From positions 122,760,001 to 122,824,000 of the forward strand of contig OX597814.1 in the NCBI GenBank assembly GCA_951406725.2: 64,000 nt of DNA, given 5' to 3'. The stretch comes from Octopus vulgaris. Its lineage: Eukaryota. Position numbers and translations under genes: made by a program. Positions 26,730-41,417 of the stretch are shown piece by piece. The notes beneath the pieces are model-generated. The model was not told where the DNA came from and did not search any database. It was given only the letters and a program-made list of their open reading frames with translations. The number at the start of each line of letters is the position of its first letter. Within the stretch, counting starts at the first letter, position 1.

Positions 26730-27010
26730 GTATATATGTATATATGTATATGTATATGTGTGCGTGTGTGTGTGTGCGTGTTGTATATATGTACATATAT
26801 ACATATATATATATATATATTTATGTATGTGTATATATGTATATATGTATATATATATATATGCATCTATATATATGTGTGTATATATATATATGCATAC
26901 ACACACATATATATAAATATACATATATATATATACATATATATATACATATAGATACATACATATATATATATATATGTATATACATATGGATAAATAT
27001 ATATATATGG

Positions 27011-27054
<44 letters not shown>

Positions 27055-27407
27055 AACAAAGATACTAACCACCTCTCATACAAAACACACGCGTTAACAG
27101 AGCTAACACAACCAAGAATCCCCACAAGGATAAATATAATATGCTAAGTGCGCTGGTTGATATATATATAAAAAACATTAAAACATTGTATTAAGTCAGT
27201 GTTTAGTTATTTTCGTTATTTACATATTTCCTTCTTCGTTTTAAGTAGTGTTTCCATTATTTATTAAATCTTTAATCGTGTTGTCTTTTGTTAAAATAAT
27301 AATGGATTAAACTCACTTCGCTATTATAAAGAGTAATTCTTTAGAATAAATTAGAAACATCAAATACAAGCAAATCAATAATGATTCTTGGAAGAAAAGG
27401 AAACAAG

Positions 27408-27571
<164 letters not shown>

Positions 27572-28381
27572 TATATATATATATATATGTTGTTCAGTTA
27601 ATATGAAGAAAAAAGCATTCTAATATCTCAGACATTTTCTGTCGATTTAGTGAAATGTGAAAAAAATATATTTTTTATTATATGTTTGTATTCTCGTTGC
27701 TATTTTTTCTTTGTTAAGATGTTGTTATTGTTCACGTAAGTCTTGTTATTTATTTGGTTTATATTCTTGAGTGATTCTTCAGGGGGGTTGTTTGTTTGTT
27801 TCTGTTTTTTGTTTTTTGTTGTAGTTTTTTTTTTCCTTTTGGTAGAGAGCTGGAATAGAGTGGTGGTGGTTTGTTTTTAATAAATCGAAAGAAAAGTACA
27901 TCTCTGTATCCTAGAAGAATTGGTTGGTGGCTACAACAGGAAGTTTAATTACTTAGGATTACAAGAAATTGAGAATTCTTCTTCAATCTGAAAGTAACTT
28001 ATGACCGAATGGCTCAATGTCTTAGTGGATTCTAGATTTAATTATGTTGTTTTTATTAATGAGTATCGTGACTATCTTCATGCTACGATAGTTCTTGCTT
28101 TGTTAGTTTTTCGTTTTGTTTTTAATGTTAATCTGTCTGTCTGCCTTGCAACTTATGTAACTTTCTACTAACATCAATTAATCAATTTTTTTTAGCTTCT
28201 ACATACACACCTGATTACCTGAGATGTTTACTTATATATATACGAGTAGATCTGCAATCAGCTTGAAAGAAAGGCGTTTAAAGATGCTCAACCAACAGAG
28301 CTACCTACATTGAGAATTGTAATATAAGTTGTTGTGTATACCACATTTGCTTACACTGTAATCCTGTGTAAAAATCAGCAT

Positions 28382-28538
28382 AGGAGTGGCTGTGTAGTAA
28401 GTAGCTTGCTTACGAACTACATGGTTCCGAGTTCAGTCCCACCACGTGGCACCTTGGGCAAGTGTCTTCTACTATAGCCTCGGGCCAACCAAAGCCTTGT
28501 GAGTGGATTTGGTAGTCGGAAACTGAAAGAAGCCCGTC

Positions 28539-28594
<56 letters not shown>

Positions 28595-28807
28595 ATATGT
28601 TTGTGTCTGTGTTTGCTCCCCCCCCATCGCTTCACAACCGATGCTGGTGTGTTTACGTCTCCGTAAGTTAGCGGTTCGGCAAAAGAGGCCGATAGAATAA
28701 GTACTAGGCTTACAAAGAATAAGTCCTGGGGTCGATGTGCTCGACTAAACGCGGTTCTCCAGCATGGCCGCAGTTACATAACTGAAACAAGTAAAAAAAG
28801 TAAGAGT
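28382..28807 (+). mobile_element. F2 SINE, full length
   Basis: Near-consensus, internal (TA)n 28540-28590. Confidence 0.92.
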
Positions 28808-29052
28808 ATCTGGCCAGGTAAAGTCTTTGAATTAATAGTACAGTTATTATTATTTCCCTATTTCACAGACGCTTGTACTCTCTACCCTTTTACTGCAGAA
28901 ATCAGATACATCCACTCAATATTTCATTAATTCATAACCGTGGAAAGTAGTTTTATATACAAACCTATCTTTTGATGACGAATGTCATGTTTGAAACAAA
29001 TTTTCTCTTAAAATACGTCAAGATTACCGAAGCAACGTGACTTGCAGAAAAT

Positions 29053-29845
29053 ATCAGTTCTTTTTTTTTTTCGGTAAACATTATAACATCATTCCTAGAA
29101 TAACCATGACATTTATGTACGTAATTAAAGGGTTACAGTAAACCCCAGCAAGTATCAGTGTGACATTAATATCAAATTATTGAGACATTAATATCAAATT
29201 ATTTAATGCCCACTTTCCAGATGTTGACTGGATTGGATGGTTTGACAGGATCTGGCAAACCCCAGGGCCACACCAAGCTCCCTTTGTCATAATTTTATAC
29301 TAAAACCTCTTATTAACCTATATTTTAGATGTCAGATTACTAATGAAAAATAAAAATAATTTACTAAATCCATTCCAAATTCTTGATTATTTTCAGAGTT
29401 AACTGAAAAAACATCATCTTTGTTTAATGTCCATCTTCCATGCTGAAATGAGTTGGACAGTTCAACAGGATCTGAGGAGTCAGAAGACTGCATTAAGTTC
29501 CAATGTCTGCTTTGGCATGACTTCCAATGCTAGATGTCCTCCCTAACACCAATTACTCTACAGAATGTACTGAGTACCTTTTTTTCTTTTTCGTGGAATT
29601 AGGGTCACTATTTCATCTACCAGTCTACTGATTGATGAACACAACATTCCCCACAATGATGCCAAATAATGCTTCACAAGGTTTTAGTGATCCCAATAAA
29701 GATGACTTAAGCAGTATCAGTTCTGTTATTTTCGGTAAACATTTAACATCATTCCTAGAATAACCATGACATTTATGATCGTAGTTAAAGGGTTACAGTA
29801 AACTCCAGCTAGGGTCAGTGTGACATTAATATCAAATTATTGAGA
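29053..29845. repeat. Local ~130-bp direct duplication (29053-29185, 29716-29845) enclosing two related repeat fragments
   Basis: tcggtaaacatt.taacatcattcctagaataaccatgacatttatg...gtgtgacattaatatcaaattattgaga twice; inner fragments tttaatg.cca...cca...tggat/acag..t.acaggatctg at 29201 and 29423 resemble RTE-type 3' ends. Confidence 0.8.
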
Positions 29846-29953
29846 GGCGTGGCTGTGTAATAAGACGTTTGCTTCCCAACCACATTATTTCTGTTTCGAT
29901 CAAAGCTTTGTGAGTGGTTTTGTTAGACAGAATCTAAAAAAAACTTGTCATAT

Positions 29954-30206
29954 ATGACGAAGGACAATCATCCTGAAACATGTGTCCCTAGATGCAGCCC
30001 GGGCGGCCGGGGGTGTTTGTCTCCCCTTCGTAATTGTATATAAGGACACAGGAAAAATGTGTCAAAGCCATCAGGAGGCGTCGATGCTTCCTAGGGCTAA
30101 ACAGCGGTGGTGTACTGTCACGTTCGTGCTAGATTGACAGTATACAACCATTCTATCGCCCGTACATGTCTATACGAGGGATTTAGAAATTTAGTATTTC
30201 TGATTG

Positions 30207-30207
<1 letters not shown>
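29954..30207 (+). mobile_element. PLE-type fragment starting with a 5'-clipped hammerhead
   Basis: (a)TGACGA-agga(caatca)tcct-GAAA-catgt-GTC at 29954-29986; block ends in (TA)n. Confidence 0.55.
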
Positions 30208-30582
<375 letters not shown>

Positions 30583-31130
30583 TGTGTGTGTTTGCGTGTG
30601 TGCGTGTGTCTTTGTTTCTGCGTTTATGCCTCACCACTGGTTGATAATCGGTGTTCGTTTCTTTTCTTCCCCGTAACGTAGCGATTCGGCAATATAGACT
30701 GGGAGAATAAGTATCGGGCTTAAGAAAATGAGTACTGAGGTCGATTGTTTCGACTAAAACCTCTTCAAGAAGGAGATGCTCCAGCATGGCCGCAGTCTAA
30801 TGACTGAAATAAGTAGAAGCTAAAAAATATAGTACAGTGGGTGATGGTCTTCTAAATAACAAAACACTTTTCAACCAAACAGCATTCCCCAAATACCCAA
30901 TGTACTACGAGGCATTATGGCCATACAACAAGATAAAATTACTCGGCAAAGTATGACCATACAACACGACAAATGTATCAACACAGAACATCTACACAGC
31001 AATCTACAAGAAGACCAGATGAAACAACAATGCAACATATTACAATCACATTAAGTATGACCACTACAAATATATCACAATACACTTCTATCACAGAACG
31101 CTTCACCCTCACACAATAAAACAACAAATG

Positions 31131-31920
31131 AAGGCGGCGAGCTGGCAGAAACGCTATCCCGCCGGGCGAAATGCTTAGCAGTATTTCATCTACCGCTACG
31201 TTCTGAGTTCAAATTCCGCCGAGCTCGACTTTGCCTTTCATCCTTTCGGGGTCGATAAATTAAGTACCAGTTACGCACTGGGGTCGATGTAATCGACTTA
31301 ATCCGTTTGTCTGTCCTTGTTTGTCCCCTCTGTGTGTAGCCCCTTGTGGGTAGTAAAGAAATAGGTATTTTGTCTGCCGTTACGTTCTGAGTTCAAATTC
31401 CGCCACGGTCGACTTTGCCTTTCATCCTTTCGGGGTCGATACATTTAGTACCAGTTACGTACTAGGGTCGATGTAATCGACTCAATCCGTTTGTCTGTCC
31501 TTGTTTGTCCCCTCTGTGTTTAGACCCTTCTGGGTGAGAAATGCGTAGCCGTATTTCGTCTGCCGTTACGTTCTGAGTTCAAATTCCGCCACGGTCGACT
31601 TTGCCTTTCATCCTTTCGGGGTCGATACATTTAGTACCAGTTACGTACTGGGGTCGATGTAATCGAATTAATCCGTTTGTCTGTCCTTGTTTGTCCCCTC
31701 TGTGTTTAGACCCTTCTGGGTGAGAAATGCGTAGCCGTATTTCGTCTGCCGTTACGTTCTGAGTTCAAATTCCGCCGAGGTCGACTTTGCCTTTCATCCT
31801 TTCGGGGTCGATACATTTAGTACCAGTTACGTACTGGGGTTGATGTAATCGATTTAATCCCTTTGCTTGTCCTTGTTTGTCCCCTCTGTGTTTAGCCCCT
31901 TGTGGGCAATAAAGAAATAA
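31131..31920 (+). mobile_element. F1 SINE tandem tetramer (~185-bp period)
   Basis: tacgttctgagttcaaattccgcc at 31197, 31381, 31567, 31753. Confidence 0.93.
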
Positions 31921-32740
31921 CTACATTAAAACAACAGCACTAGACGCATGCAACACGGCTTTAGAACCACAATACACAGCCCATAACCACTACACTACAC
32001 AAGACACTACAATAACCGACGTAGAAATGTAATCACTATTTTAACAAATCCTCCTCTGAACTTCCCTTTCACGCCTCTTCTACACTTCCTCCATGTTGTG
32101 TGACAACCAGGAACCTTGAACTAAACCCAATCATTCCTTCTTAGAACTATAAACATTTGGAATATAATCTCCATCACGACCACCAACTTAACCTAACTGC
32201 TACTCTTGTTATTTAGCAAACTTCAGGAAAAGTTACGCTGATTAAATTCCTTCGTATTTCTCTAAATATTTTATTGTTACTGTTTCCACACAGTATAATC
32301 CATAGCCTCTAGTTATACTTCAGCTGATTATTCTGCTGGCTGGTCTCTTTTCGAAACAATCTTTCTTTCGCCTGAAAAATTTATCGCAAATCTGATTACA
32401 AAAAAAAAATCTACGTTCCTACAATTCGTAAAATAAAACGACTCCTTGAAAGAAATAGTCTTTCCCTCTTAAATCCCAAATAATGATTTATTTGTATTTT
32501 CTGTTTCTCCTTTATCTTCGTATGTTTTCGTAACTGATCAGGCATTTAAACATAGATGTATAGACCTGGACAAGATAAGTTTTTAAAGAAAACATGTAGT
32601 AGTTGCCCGTGCATGAAAGTTTCCGCTCTCCACCTTAATGTCGTTTATCCAAGAGAAAGAAAGGCCGCCAACTTACGCTGATGCAACTTGGCACAAGTGC
32701 CGTTGTTGGCACAAATCGTGTAGAAGCCTGTCATACATGT

Positions 32741-32771
<31 letters not shown>

Positions 32772-32964
32772 GTATGTGTGTGTCTTTGTATGTGTGCTCC
32801 ACCAGAATTTGAAAACAGGTGCTGGTTTGTTTACGACCCGTTAACGTAGTGGTTCGCCAGAAACGTTCAACAGAATAGGTACCAGATTTTAAAATGGTAC
32901 GGGGGTCGTTTTCTTCGATTAAGCTTTTCTAAACGGTGACCCAACATGGCCGTAGTCCAATAAC

Positions 32965-33370
32965 TTATTTCTTTACTACCCACAAGGGGCTAAACACAGA
33001 GAGGACAAACAAGGACAGACAAACGGATTAAGTCGATTATATCGACCCCAGTGCGTAACTGGTACTTATTTAATCGACCCCGAAAGGATGAAAGGCAAAG
33101 TCGACCTCGGCGGAATTTGAACTCAGAACGTAGTGACAGATGAAACACCTATTTCTTTATTACCCACAAGGGGCTAAACAAAGAGGAGACAAACAAGGAC
33201 AGACAAACGGATTAAGTCGATTATATCGACCCCAGTGCGTAACTGGTACTTATTTAATCGACTCCGAAAGGATGGAAGGCAAAGTCGACCTCGGCGTAAA
33301 TTTGAACTCAGACCGTAACCGCAGACGAAATACGGCTACGCATTTCGTCCGGCGTGCTAACGTTTCTGCC
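32965..33370 (-). mobile_element. F1 SINE dimer inserted into the tail of an old F2 SINE
   Basis: F2 tail catggccgtagtccaataact breaks at ~32965 and resumes actgaaataagtaaaag at 33371. Confidence 0.85.
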
Positions 33371-33958
33371 ACTGAAATAAGTAAAAGCGACATGGTAAAA
33401 GGTAAATTAAATACGGTTTTTTTCATACGCGATTCAGCAATTCAAACTATATCTTCTGCTTGTTCATTGACATCGTACAATCCTCACACTTGAATCTACA
33501 CAGCATTACTACTTCATTTTTCAGTGAACCCATTTTATTTTCTGAAATGTCCGGACTATCAGAATACATCAGAAGCTTAAGTAAAATGTAATAGATTCAA
33601 TTATATAGAAATTCGCTTTCCGAGGCCAGAAAACATATAAAAACTATGGAAGTATTTATTCTGTATTTAGTATAGTGCTTTATGAGCATGTCTGGTCATT
33701 TGCCAGTATCTTTACACCTGCGTACACAGCCATGTCGCATAAAATGGTCAGAACGAAAATTCTTTAAAATTTTCAGTGACCTTGTTCGTTGTACTATGTC
33801 AGAGTTATTTGGAATTACAGTTCCCAACGGAGTGTGCAATCAATTATTCATGAGCAAACACACATATATACTGCACATAGCAATACGGAACACTACACTT
33901 CAACAAACACAAACTGTACACACATACGTATGCACACGCACATATATACATATATACA

Positions 33959-34038
<80 letters not shown>

Positions 34039-34040
34039 TG

Positions 34041-34071
<31 letters not shown>

Positions 34072-34199
34072 ACATGTATGTATGCATATATATATATATG
34101 TACGTACATGCATACATACATACAGGCATATATATATATACATATATATATATATAAGAGAGAAATAGATAATTATATAAGATATGAAATATATATGTA

Positions 34200-34291
<92 letters not shown>

Positions 34292-34721
34292 CATAATCAC
34301 ATGCGTAATATATAACAGATTATAGGTACCAAATGCACATATAAATATATACACGTATGCATATATGCATGCATCTGTAATATATATATTACAGATGCAC
34401 GCATATATGCATACGTAATATATATATTACCATTTGGGTGTGTCTGTACCAATTGTCTATATAATATCCTATAATGAATAATTATAACTGCAATTGATTA
34501 TCTCTTTCTGATTCCAAGACTTCACACATTTACATTTAATTAGCTTTATGTATGTCTCTAGTGAGTTAAGTAGCAAATCAATAAAGCATCACCCAGACGG
34601 CGAGTTCGATACTGATATAGTCTTTGAAAACTGAAGAACTTGATGATTAATCAGTTTTCACAAGACTGAGTTTTACTTCGCCATTACTCGGCTTATTAAA
34701 ACTAATGGAATAATGGAAGAT

Positions 34722-34762
<41 letters not shown>

Positions 34763-34799
34763 CATACATGCATATATACATATTTGTAAATACAAACTA

Positions 34800-35125
34800 A
34801 CTGGAAATCCGTCGGTGACGACGAAGAGTGTTCCAGTCGATCCCCGATCAATGGAACGCGCTGCTCGTGAAATTATCGTGCCACTGGCTGAGCACTCTAC
34901 AAACACGCGTACCCGTAATTTAGTTCTCAGAAAAATTGAGCGTCACATAGAATGACATGGAATATGTCCAGACCCTTTGACTTAGAGGTACAACTCATTT
35001 TTGCCAGTTGAGTTAGCTGATGCAACGTGTAATAAAGTGTCTTGCTCAAGGACACAAATCGCCGAAGGTATCGAATTTATAGCCCTACAATCTTGAGCCT
35101 TATACCTTACCACTTGACCGACGCT
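34800..35125 (-). mobile_element. F5 CORE-like tRNA SINE, diverged
   Basis: Reverse complement head ggtcaagtggtaagg...aattcgatacc then tgtgtccttgagcaagacactttattacacgttgc...aaaaatgagt; related head at 57001-57062. Confidence 0.7.
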
Positions 35126-35129
35126 TTAG

Positions 35130-36515
35130 CCATCACTTAGAAGAACTAACAGACATATCCTAGATAGATTCAAGTAGGTAGGACCTAATGAAAGCCCTTA
35201 ACTCCATAGGACTCAACATTACAGTCGAGATCAACCTTGCCCCTAAACTTTATGGGTGTTAGGTTGGACCTAGACAGGTATTCATACAGGCCCTACCGCA
35301 AACCAAACGAAAGGCTGTCGTATATCAAGACAGTCTCCCGCGATAGGTCTATAGTGTTAAAGAACATTGTAATGGGTGTCAGCAAGAGGATTTCGAACCT
35401 CTCTTCTAGACAAGAGATTTTCGACGCTGCAGTCCCCTCTTAAAACGAGGCTCTAGGGTCTAGTGTGTTTAAGGGCGACATTTCCTGCATGTCGGGCCCT
35501 AACACCCACAAAAGAAAGCGCCAACGTAAAATCGTTTGATTTACCCCCACCCTTCTCACTCAATGTCAAAACTTGTGTGGGAAGAATATTCCTTAGATTG
35601 GTGGACAAACACTTCAAACAGTAACTCAGATACGGACATTTACTTAATAGACACAAGTTTAGCGTCTCATTCAGATGCGCGCCCAGCACTAAGAAAATAT
35701 TTGTGAGACCTCTAAGCCACGAACAGAGGCAGGATTCTCATGTAGGGTGTACAATGACTGCTCAGTAGGAAGGTGTCGATGCGAAGCCAAGGAGTTCGTG
35801 TATGAAGCCAAGGGGGTGACCGGCACTGGTAATCAGAGCAGCAGCGGAGGTAGCAACGGCAGCAACGACATATTCATCGATAACAAGAGCAACAGCGACA
35901 GCAATGACAGCGGCAGCAGCAGCAGCGCGTTAAGCAGCAGAGGTTGCAATATCGACGATTACAACGCGGCAACAACATTAGCAATACAGCTGGTAATGGC
36001 AGCTACACCAGAGACATCTGCAATACCAGGATCACGCCCAGGAAAACATCAGCGGCAACGAGTCCAGCCACTACACCTGCAGCAACAAAAGCAACGGCAA
36101 CAACGCCTGCATCGGGCCCGATAAAGACAGCAGCAGAGTTAAGGAAAGCAACACCAGCGACCGTAGAACATCCAGCGCATAGTCACGGAAATATGTCGGT
36201 TCCACCGGCGGCTCCTTTGAGCAGCGTCTGAGTAACCACAGATTCTCCTTTAGGATATCGGAGAGGCGCAAAATCACGTCCCTGACCAGCCATGTGTGGC
36301 GTTTAAAAGAGAAGAGTATGCCATACAGTATTAAATGGAAGTTTCTCGAACAACCGAGGTAATATAACAATGGGAGCGAACGATGTAAGCTTTGCTTGGC
36401 CGAGAGAGCAAGAATCCTGGAAAACTTGCTTGTCCTGGAGGCCTTTTTAAACTCTAAAAAAGATGTGTTTAGTCAACGTCCGCAACAGAGACGTTTCTTG
36501 CTGCAAGCTTGGAAT
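35130..36515 (+). pseudogene. PLE RT-thumb/linker/GIY-YIG remnant
   Basis: NFMGVRLDLDRYSYRPYRKPNERLSYI...KRISNLSSRQEIFDAAVP; FSLNVKTCVGRIFLRLVDKHF; EFVYEA; SHVWRLKEKSMPYSIKWKFLE..*YNNGSERCKLCLAERARIL..FLNSK..RRFLL; stops and frameshifts; (CAG/CAA)-rich insert at ~35835-36180. Confidence 0.85.
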
Positions 36516-37705
36516 TACCAATTTTCCGTATAGGAGCATGCCACCACCTTCGAATCTTAAACCGATTGCACAATTGCATTTCGTTTTATCATAAAAAGCT
36601 GATGAATTGTGACGTTTCTGTCTTACTCAGGAGCAGTTTTGTTATAAAGTAAAATTAAATGGTTTCAACCGAGAATGGAAACCGTATCGTTGTGTTGACT
36701 TAGCGTAAGCTTGATTCTAGCACTACATCACTTATCGCTCGCATTTAAACATTGCTAATGAAGCCATAATATTTATTATGCTACATCAACGTCCATCACT
36801 GATAGCGTCGCAATTGTTTGAGTAAGTTGTTATAGCTGAATGGCATTGTTTAACCGTAAGTTCATAGCTGGGCAGAGTAAGATAAGATTATCATAGGAAG
36901 ATTAGCGAATGATAAAGATAATTTAATTTTTAGTTATAGACCAAAACACTTGGCTGGAGAATCTAGAGAGCAGGACATTTTATTAGTTATAGAACAAATG
37001 AGAGATTTCGAACAAAGACTAATGGCGATTTTTATCAGAAACGACGATGATTTAAGTACTGCAGTGTTTGCTATTTTCTCGAGAGATAAAAGGGGAAATA
37101 TATGTAAGAGTTTTAAAAGGAGAAATAGTATTCGCAGCAGCTTAATTTATCAGAAGTTTTATAAGAAAAGAGACGGAGATAAAAGAAGAGGAAGTAAGAG
37201 AAGGAAAGAAAAAGAGAAAAAGGAAAATAAAGAAGTGGTCTGGCTAAATTCATACAGAAGAATACGTTGCAGTCAAATATTGAATTTCTGGCATTCTTGG
37301 AAAAACAAAAAAAAATTTTTTAACAATCCATTTTTTTCCCTTTTTTTTTTTTGTTTGCTGTCAGATTAGCAAAGGTTGTAAGAAGAATATTTTAAAATGT
37401 CCCTCCCTTCTCCCTTGAGGGCTTCTGAAAAGTGAGAAAGTTATGTTTAGCTTCAGTTACATAGCTTGAAGCAGCTGTAGGATAAAAACAAAAAAAAATG
37501 TCCGCGGAATAGGATGATGATGATAAGGAGGAGGAGGAGGTCTTAGGAGGGAAGGAAAAGAAACAGAAAGTGTTGTAGCAGCCTATAGAACCTTAACAAG
37601 TAATGTAAAGCGCACTGCTAACACAGTAGGACACGATGTCATATAAAAACGTTTAATATGTTTTAAAGAAACGAAATACTACGTCCCTACAAGTCATTAA
37701 TATTC

Positions 37706-37757
37706 AAGCAGCAGCAGTAGCAGTAGCAGTAGCAGCAGCAGCATCAGCAGCAGCAGC

Positions 37758-37817
<60 letters not shown>

Positions 37818-37873
37818 GGTGGTGGTGGTGGTGGTCGTCGTCGTCGTCGTCGTCGTGGCGGCAGCAGTAGCAC

Positions 37874-37932
<59 letters not shown>
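37706..37932. repeat. Compound trinucleotide tract (AGC/AGT/GGT/CGT)
   Basis: Direct reading. Confidence 0.95.
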
Positions 37933-37933
<1 letters not shown>

Positions 37934-38552
37934 GAGGAGGAAGGAGGGAGACAGAAGAAGAACAACATCAACAACAATAATATTCTTAGGAGATTTTGGT
38001 TCGTATTCCGGTACATTTGGTGGCAAGGAATAAAGTAGAAACAAGAAATCCATGGACAGAAAGCAGCGCATCAAATAGGAATCCACAGTATTCCCCGCCC
38101 AAAAAAACTCCTAGAATTAAGCAGGGTGGAAACGTAGTGGAACACATTATTTATTGCCTGTTCTTGGAGATATGAACGGAAAAAAGTTTGCCCTTGGTAG
38201 CATTTGAACTCCAGAACATGTCAAAATGAATTGTGTAAGATTCTACTCCTGTGTGAACCCTTCACTGTATGATATAGAAGAGCAAAAATGCATTAAGATT
38301 AATAGCATTAGTAAAAGGGGCCTGAAGGAGAAAAAAATGTGCATCAATGTTTCCGGCAAAACCAATGACTATCAGCGACGATGGTGGTGGTAGTGGAGGC
38401 AGGGGTGGAGGCGCCGGGGAGCTGCGATGGGAGCGGTGGAGGAAGCTGTGGTAGTAATGGTGGTGACGGGGTGGGGTGGGGGTGGTGCTGCTGCTATGGT
38501 TTTGCTGGTCGCCCCAGTGATAGCTATTGCATCCGTCGCAGTAGCAGCTGTG

Positions 38553-38580
38553 ATTGATGATGACGACGGCGACGACGACT

Positions 38581-38617
<37 letters not shown>

Positions 38618-38747
38618 CGACGACAATAATGATGATGATGACGATGACGACGACGAAGATGATGATGATGACGACGAAGATGATGATGATGACGATGATG
38701 ATAATGATGATGATGATAATGACGACGACGACGATAATGATGATGAC

Positions 38748-38780
<33 letters not shown>

Positions 38781-38926
38781 ACAGGTGTAGTGATTGTGAT
38801 GATTACAATGTTGATGGCGGTTGTGGTAATGTTTTTGTGATAGTGGTGGTGGTGGTGGTGGTGGTGGTGGTGGTGGTGGTGGTGGTGGTGGTGATGGTGG
38901 TGGTGGTGGTGGTGGCGATGGTGATT
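38553..38926. repeat. (GAT/GAC)n then (GGT)n trinucleotide tracts
   Basis: Direct reading. Confidence 0.95.
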
Positions 38927-39557
38927 GATGGCGGCCGTGGTGCTGCTATTGTTGACCTCAACAAAAAGCACGGGGATTCACTGCACTGGCCAAAGTTGTG
39001 ACAGATTACTATTGTGTTTTATGGTGCTTAGGTCTACCGGATCTTTCCACAAATGAATAGGGACGAATGTAGGAATAAACAAACGAACAACAAAAACAGT
39101 GAAGGAATGAAAGAACGGAAGAATACAAAGCCTTATGGAATGAAGAAATAAAAGAATAACGAAATAGTGTGGTCACACAACCATTGAAGCAAGGACTACA
39201 TGAAAGTGATCAGTGAGCCAGAACATGTCAATGCGAGGTGATGAGAGACGACAGAGAGAGAGAGAGAGGGGGGAGAGAGAGAGAGGGGGAGAGAGAGAGA
39301 GAGGGGAGAGAGGGGGAGAGAGATGCGTAACAATGGTGGAAAAGAATGAAGGCGATTCTGACTGTGTCTGTATCAGTGGTTGAATGGCATTGGAATATTT
39401 TCGGCTTAATGTGTTTGTATATATAAATATACTTTATAGTCGCCGTGGATGGCGTATGTACGTACATACTTACACATACATTCATACACACACATACATG
39501 AACACACACACACACACACACGGGCACGGACACACGAACACACAGAGACATATATGC

Positions 39558-39623
<66 letters not shown>

Positions 39624-39697
39624 GCTTGTGTATGTATGTATAGTATTATTGTTTCATTAAAGATCAGTAAAAAAGCACTCCAGCCAAAATGTGAAGC

Positions 39698-39775
<78 letters not shown>

Positions 39776-40149
39776 GTGCGTTTCTGTGTATTAATGTACA
39801 CAGTATAAAGATTGGACCTTACAATAGTTTCTTGCTGTGCAGACACGTGGCTAGGCAGGTTTTAATTCAGCAAATACAAGCATATGGACAAATTTCTTTT
39901 GGCGAGCCGAAGGATACCACCTTATCTGGACTGAGACACTGTCTCACTGATTTTGGATCCCTTTCCGTTGAATTATTCTACGACAAATAGTTGTACGGGG
40001 AAAAAGAACGCAACTCTAATTTTCTGTCTTCTTTTCGTTTTTCGTTTTCATTCACACTTACACTTTTTTAATGAACATTTCGTTTTTTCTGAGTTCTTTT
40101 TTTCTCAGAAATTCTTATGTACCACACACTCGGCTCTCGAGTTTCATTC

Positions 40150-40446
40150 CATATAGTATGTACGATTCTTTGTTCACTCATTAGCAGTACAGTACGTATT
40201 TTCTTTTAATATATTTTAATTAATGTGTTATACAGTACAGTATTGTACTTTATGTTTATTAATTTATTTCTTTTTAGGCGTGAAAATGTTTATTTTATCA
40301 TGAAAATAATTAATATGTAAAAACATACAAATACCTATCGGTCGCAGAAACCTGCGATATACTGAGATGCCCGCGATATACATTTACATATATTAGCTAG
40401 AAAAATCCGCGATAGGTGAACCGCAATATGGCGAGTGATTACTGTA
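40150..40446. mobile_element. Tigger/pogo-like DNA transposon terminal remnant
   Basis: End reads TA-cagtaatcactcgccatattgcggttcacctatcgcgg on the minus strand, the TA+CAGT start typical of Tigger-like TIRs; repeated gcgata motifs. Confidence 0.55.
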
Positions 40447-41374
40447 TATATGTGTGTATGTGCGTGTGCTTGAGAGTAGGCGCCCGCGTGTGTGCTTGAA
40501 AGCAAAGTTTTTGATGTTTGCATGAGATTGTTTATAAAAGACTTTCAAGCGTGCGTATATGAACGCGCTCTGGGGCATCAAATTACAACTCAGTGTTTAT
40601 GAGAGAAAGAATAATATGGTTCTTGGGAGTAAATACATTCAATTACAAGTTAGAAAAATAACAGTGTGGTTGTTCCACGCGAGTTGCAGTATTCGTTTTG
40701 GTCAGGCAATAATACAATTCTTAGCGTCGCAGTATGAATAACGATGAATAAGAGGAAATAGATTGGAACGGTAGAATTCCTGAAAGTGAAGGCGGAATAA
40801 GAGATCAGAAAGAGTCTTGAAAGGCCAGCCAGCAATAATGAAAATGATTTACAAATGGCAATGAAATACTAAAATAATGTCAGGGCCTGAATCGAGGGAA
40901 GGACTTGGCTTTACGTGGTCGATCCGTTTGTTGGAAGTAACCGTCAAATCTCTCTCCCTCTCTCTATCTCTCTCTTTCCCTCCCTTGATTCTCGCTTCAC
41001 TGTTATAAAGGGAGGATGTATTGGATAATAATGTCCAAGAATAAAACGATGGAGTCAAACAAAGTGAAGTCAAATAAAGGAAACATAATAAAGCAAACTA
41101 ACAGGACCAGGATTAGCAGAATCGTTAGTGCCTAACGCAAAATGGATGTGGTGTTTAGTTTCAGTTCTTTACAATTTGAGTTCGAATCCCACCGTGATCA
41201 AATTTTTTTTTCTATTCTCCCAGGGTCGATAAAATATGAACATAACACCGATTTTAAGAGTTTTAAATAAAAACACTAGCACGGACTAACACATACATCT
41301 ACATATACACATACATACAAATAATAAATTATTTACATGCATTAACAATAAGATAACATATTTACATGTCCATT

Positions 41375-41417
41375 GTCTGGACATCTTTCATCACACACCA
41401 GTGACCTCTTCAGTGAC
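41375..41417 (-). ncRNA. Degenerate hammerhead motif
   Basis: Reverse complement gtca-CTGAAGA-g-gtcac(tggtgt)gtgat-GAAA-gat-GTC-cagac. Confidence 0.5.

Noticed and set aside
31131-31920. CRISPR-like periodic array
   Set aside because: Whole ~185-bp units repeat with no unique spacers; eukaryotic SINE multimer.
35747-36231. Ser/Gln/Thr-rich ORFs
   Set aside because: CAG/CAA-rich decayed simple repeat inside a PLE remnant; open in two frames.
36600-36690. CTGATGA downstream of the PLE ORF (similar isolated cores at 3893 and 18696)
   Set aside because: Could not assemble stems I-III with a following GAAA.
36950-37369. 139-aa ORF
   Set aside because: Non-ATG start, purine-rich low-complexity half, no recognisable motif.
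38427-38971. Poly-Asp / poly-His / poly-Ser ORFs
   Set aside because: Trinucleotide tracts open in several frames on both strands; no splice or domain support.
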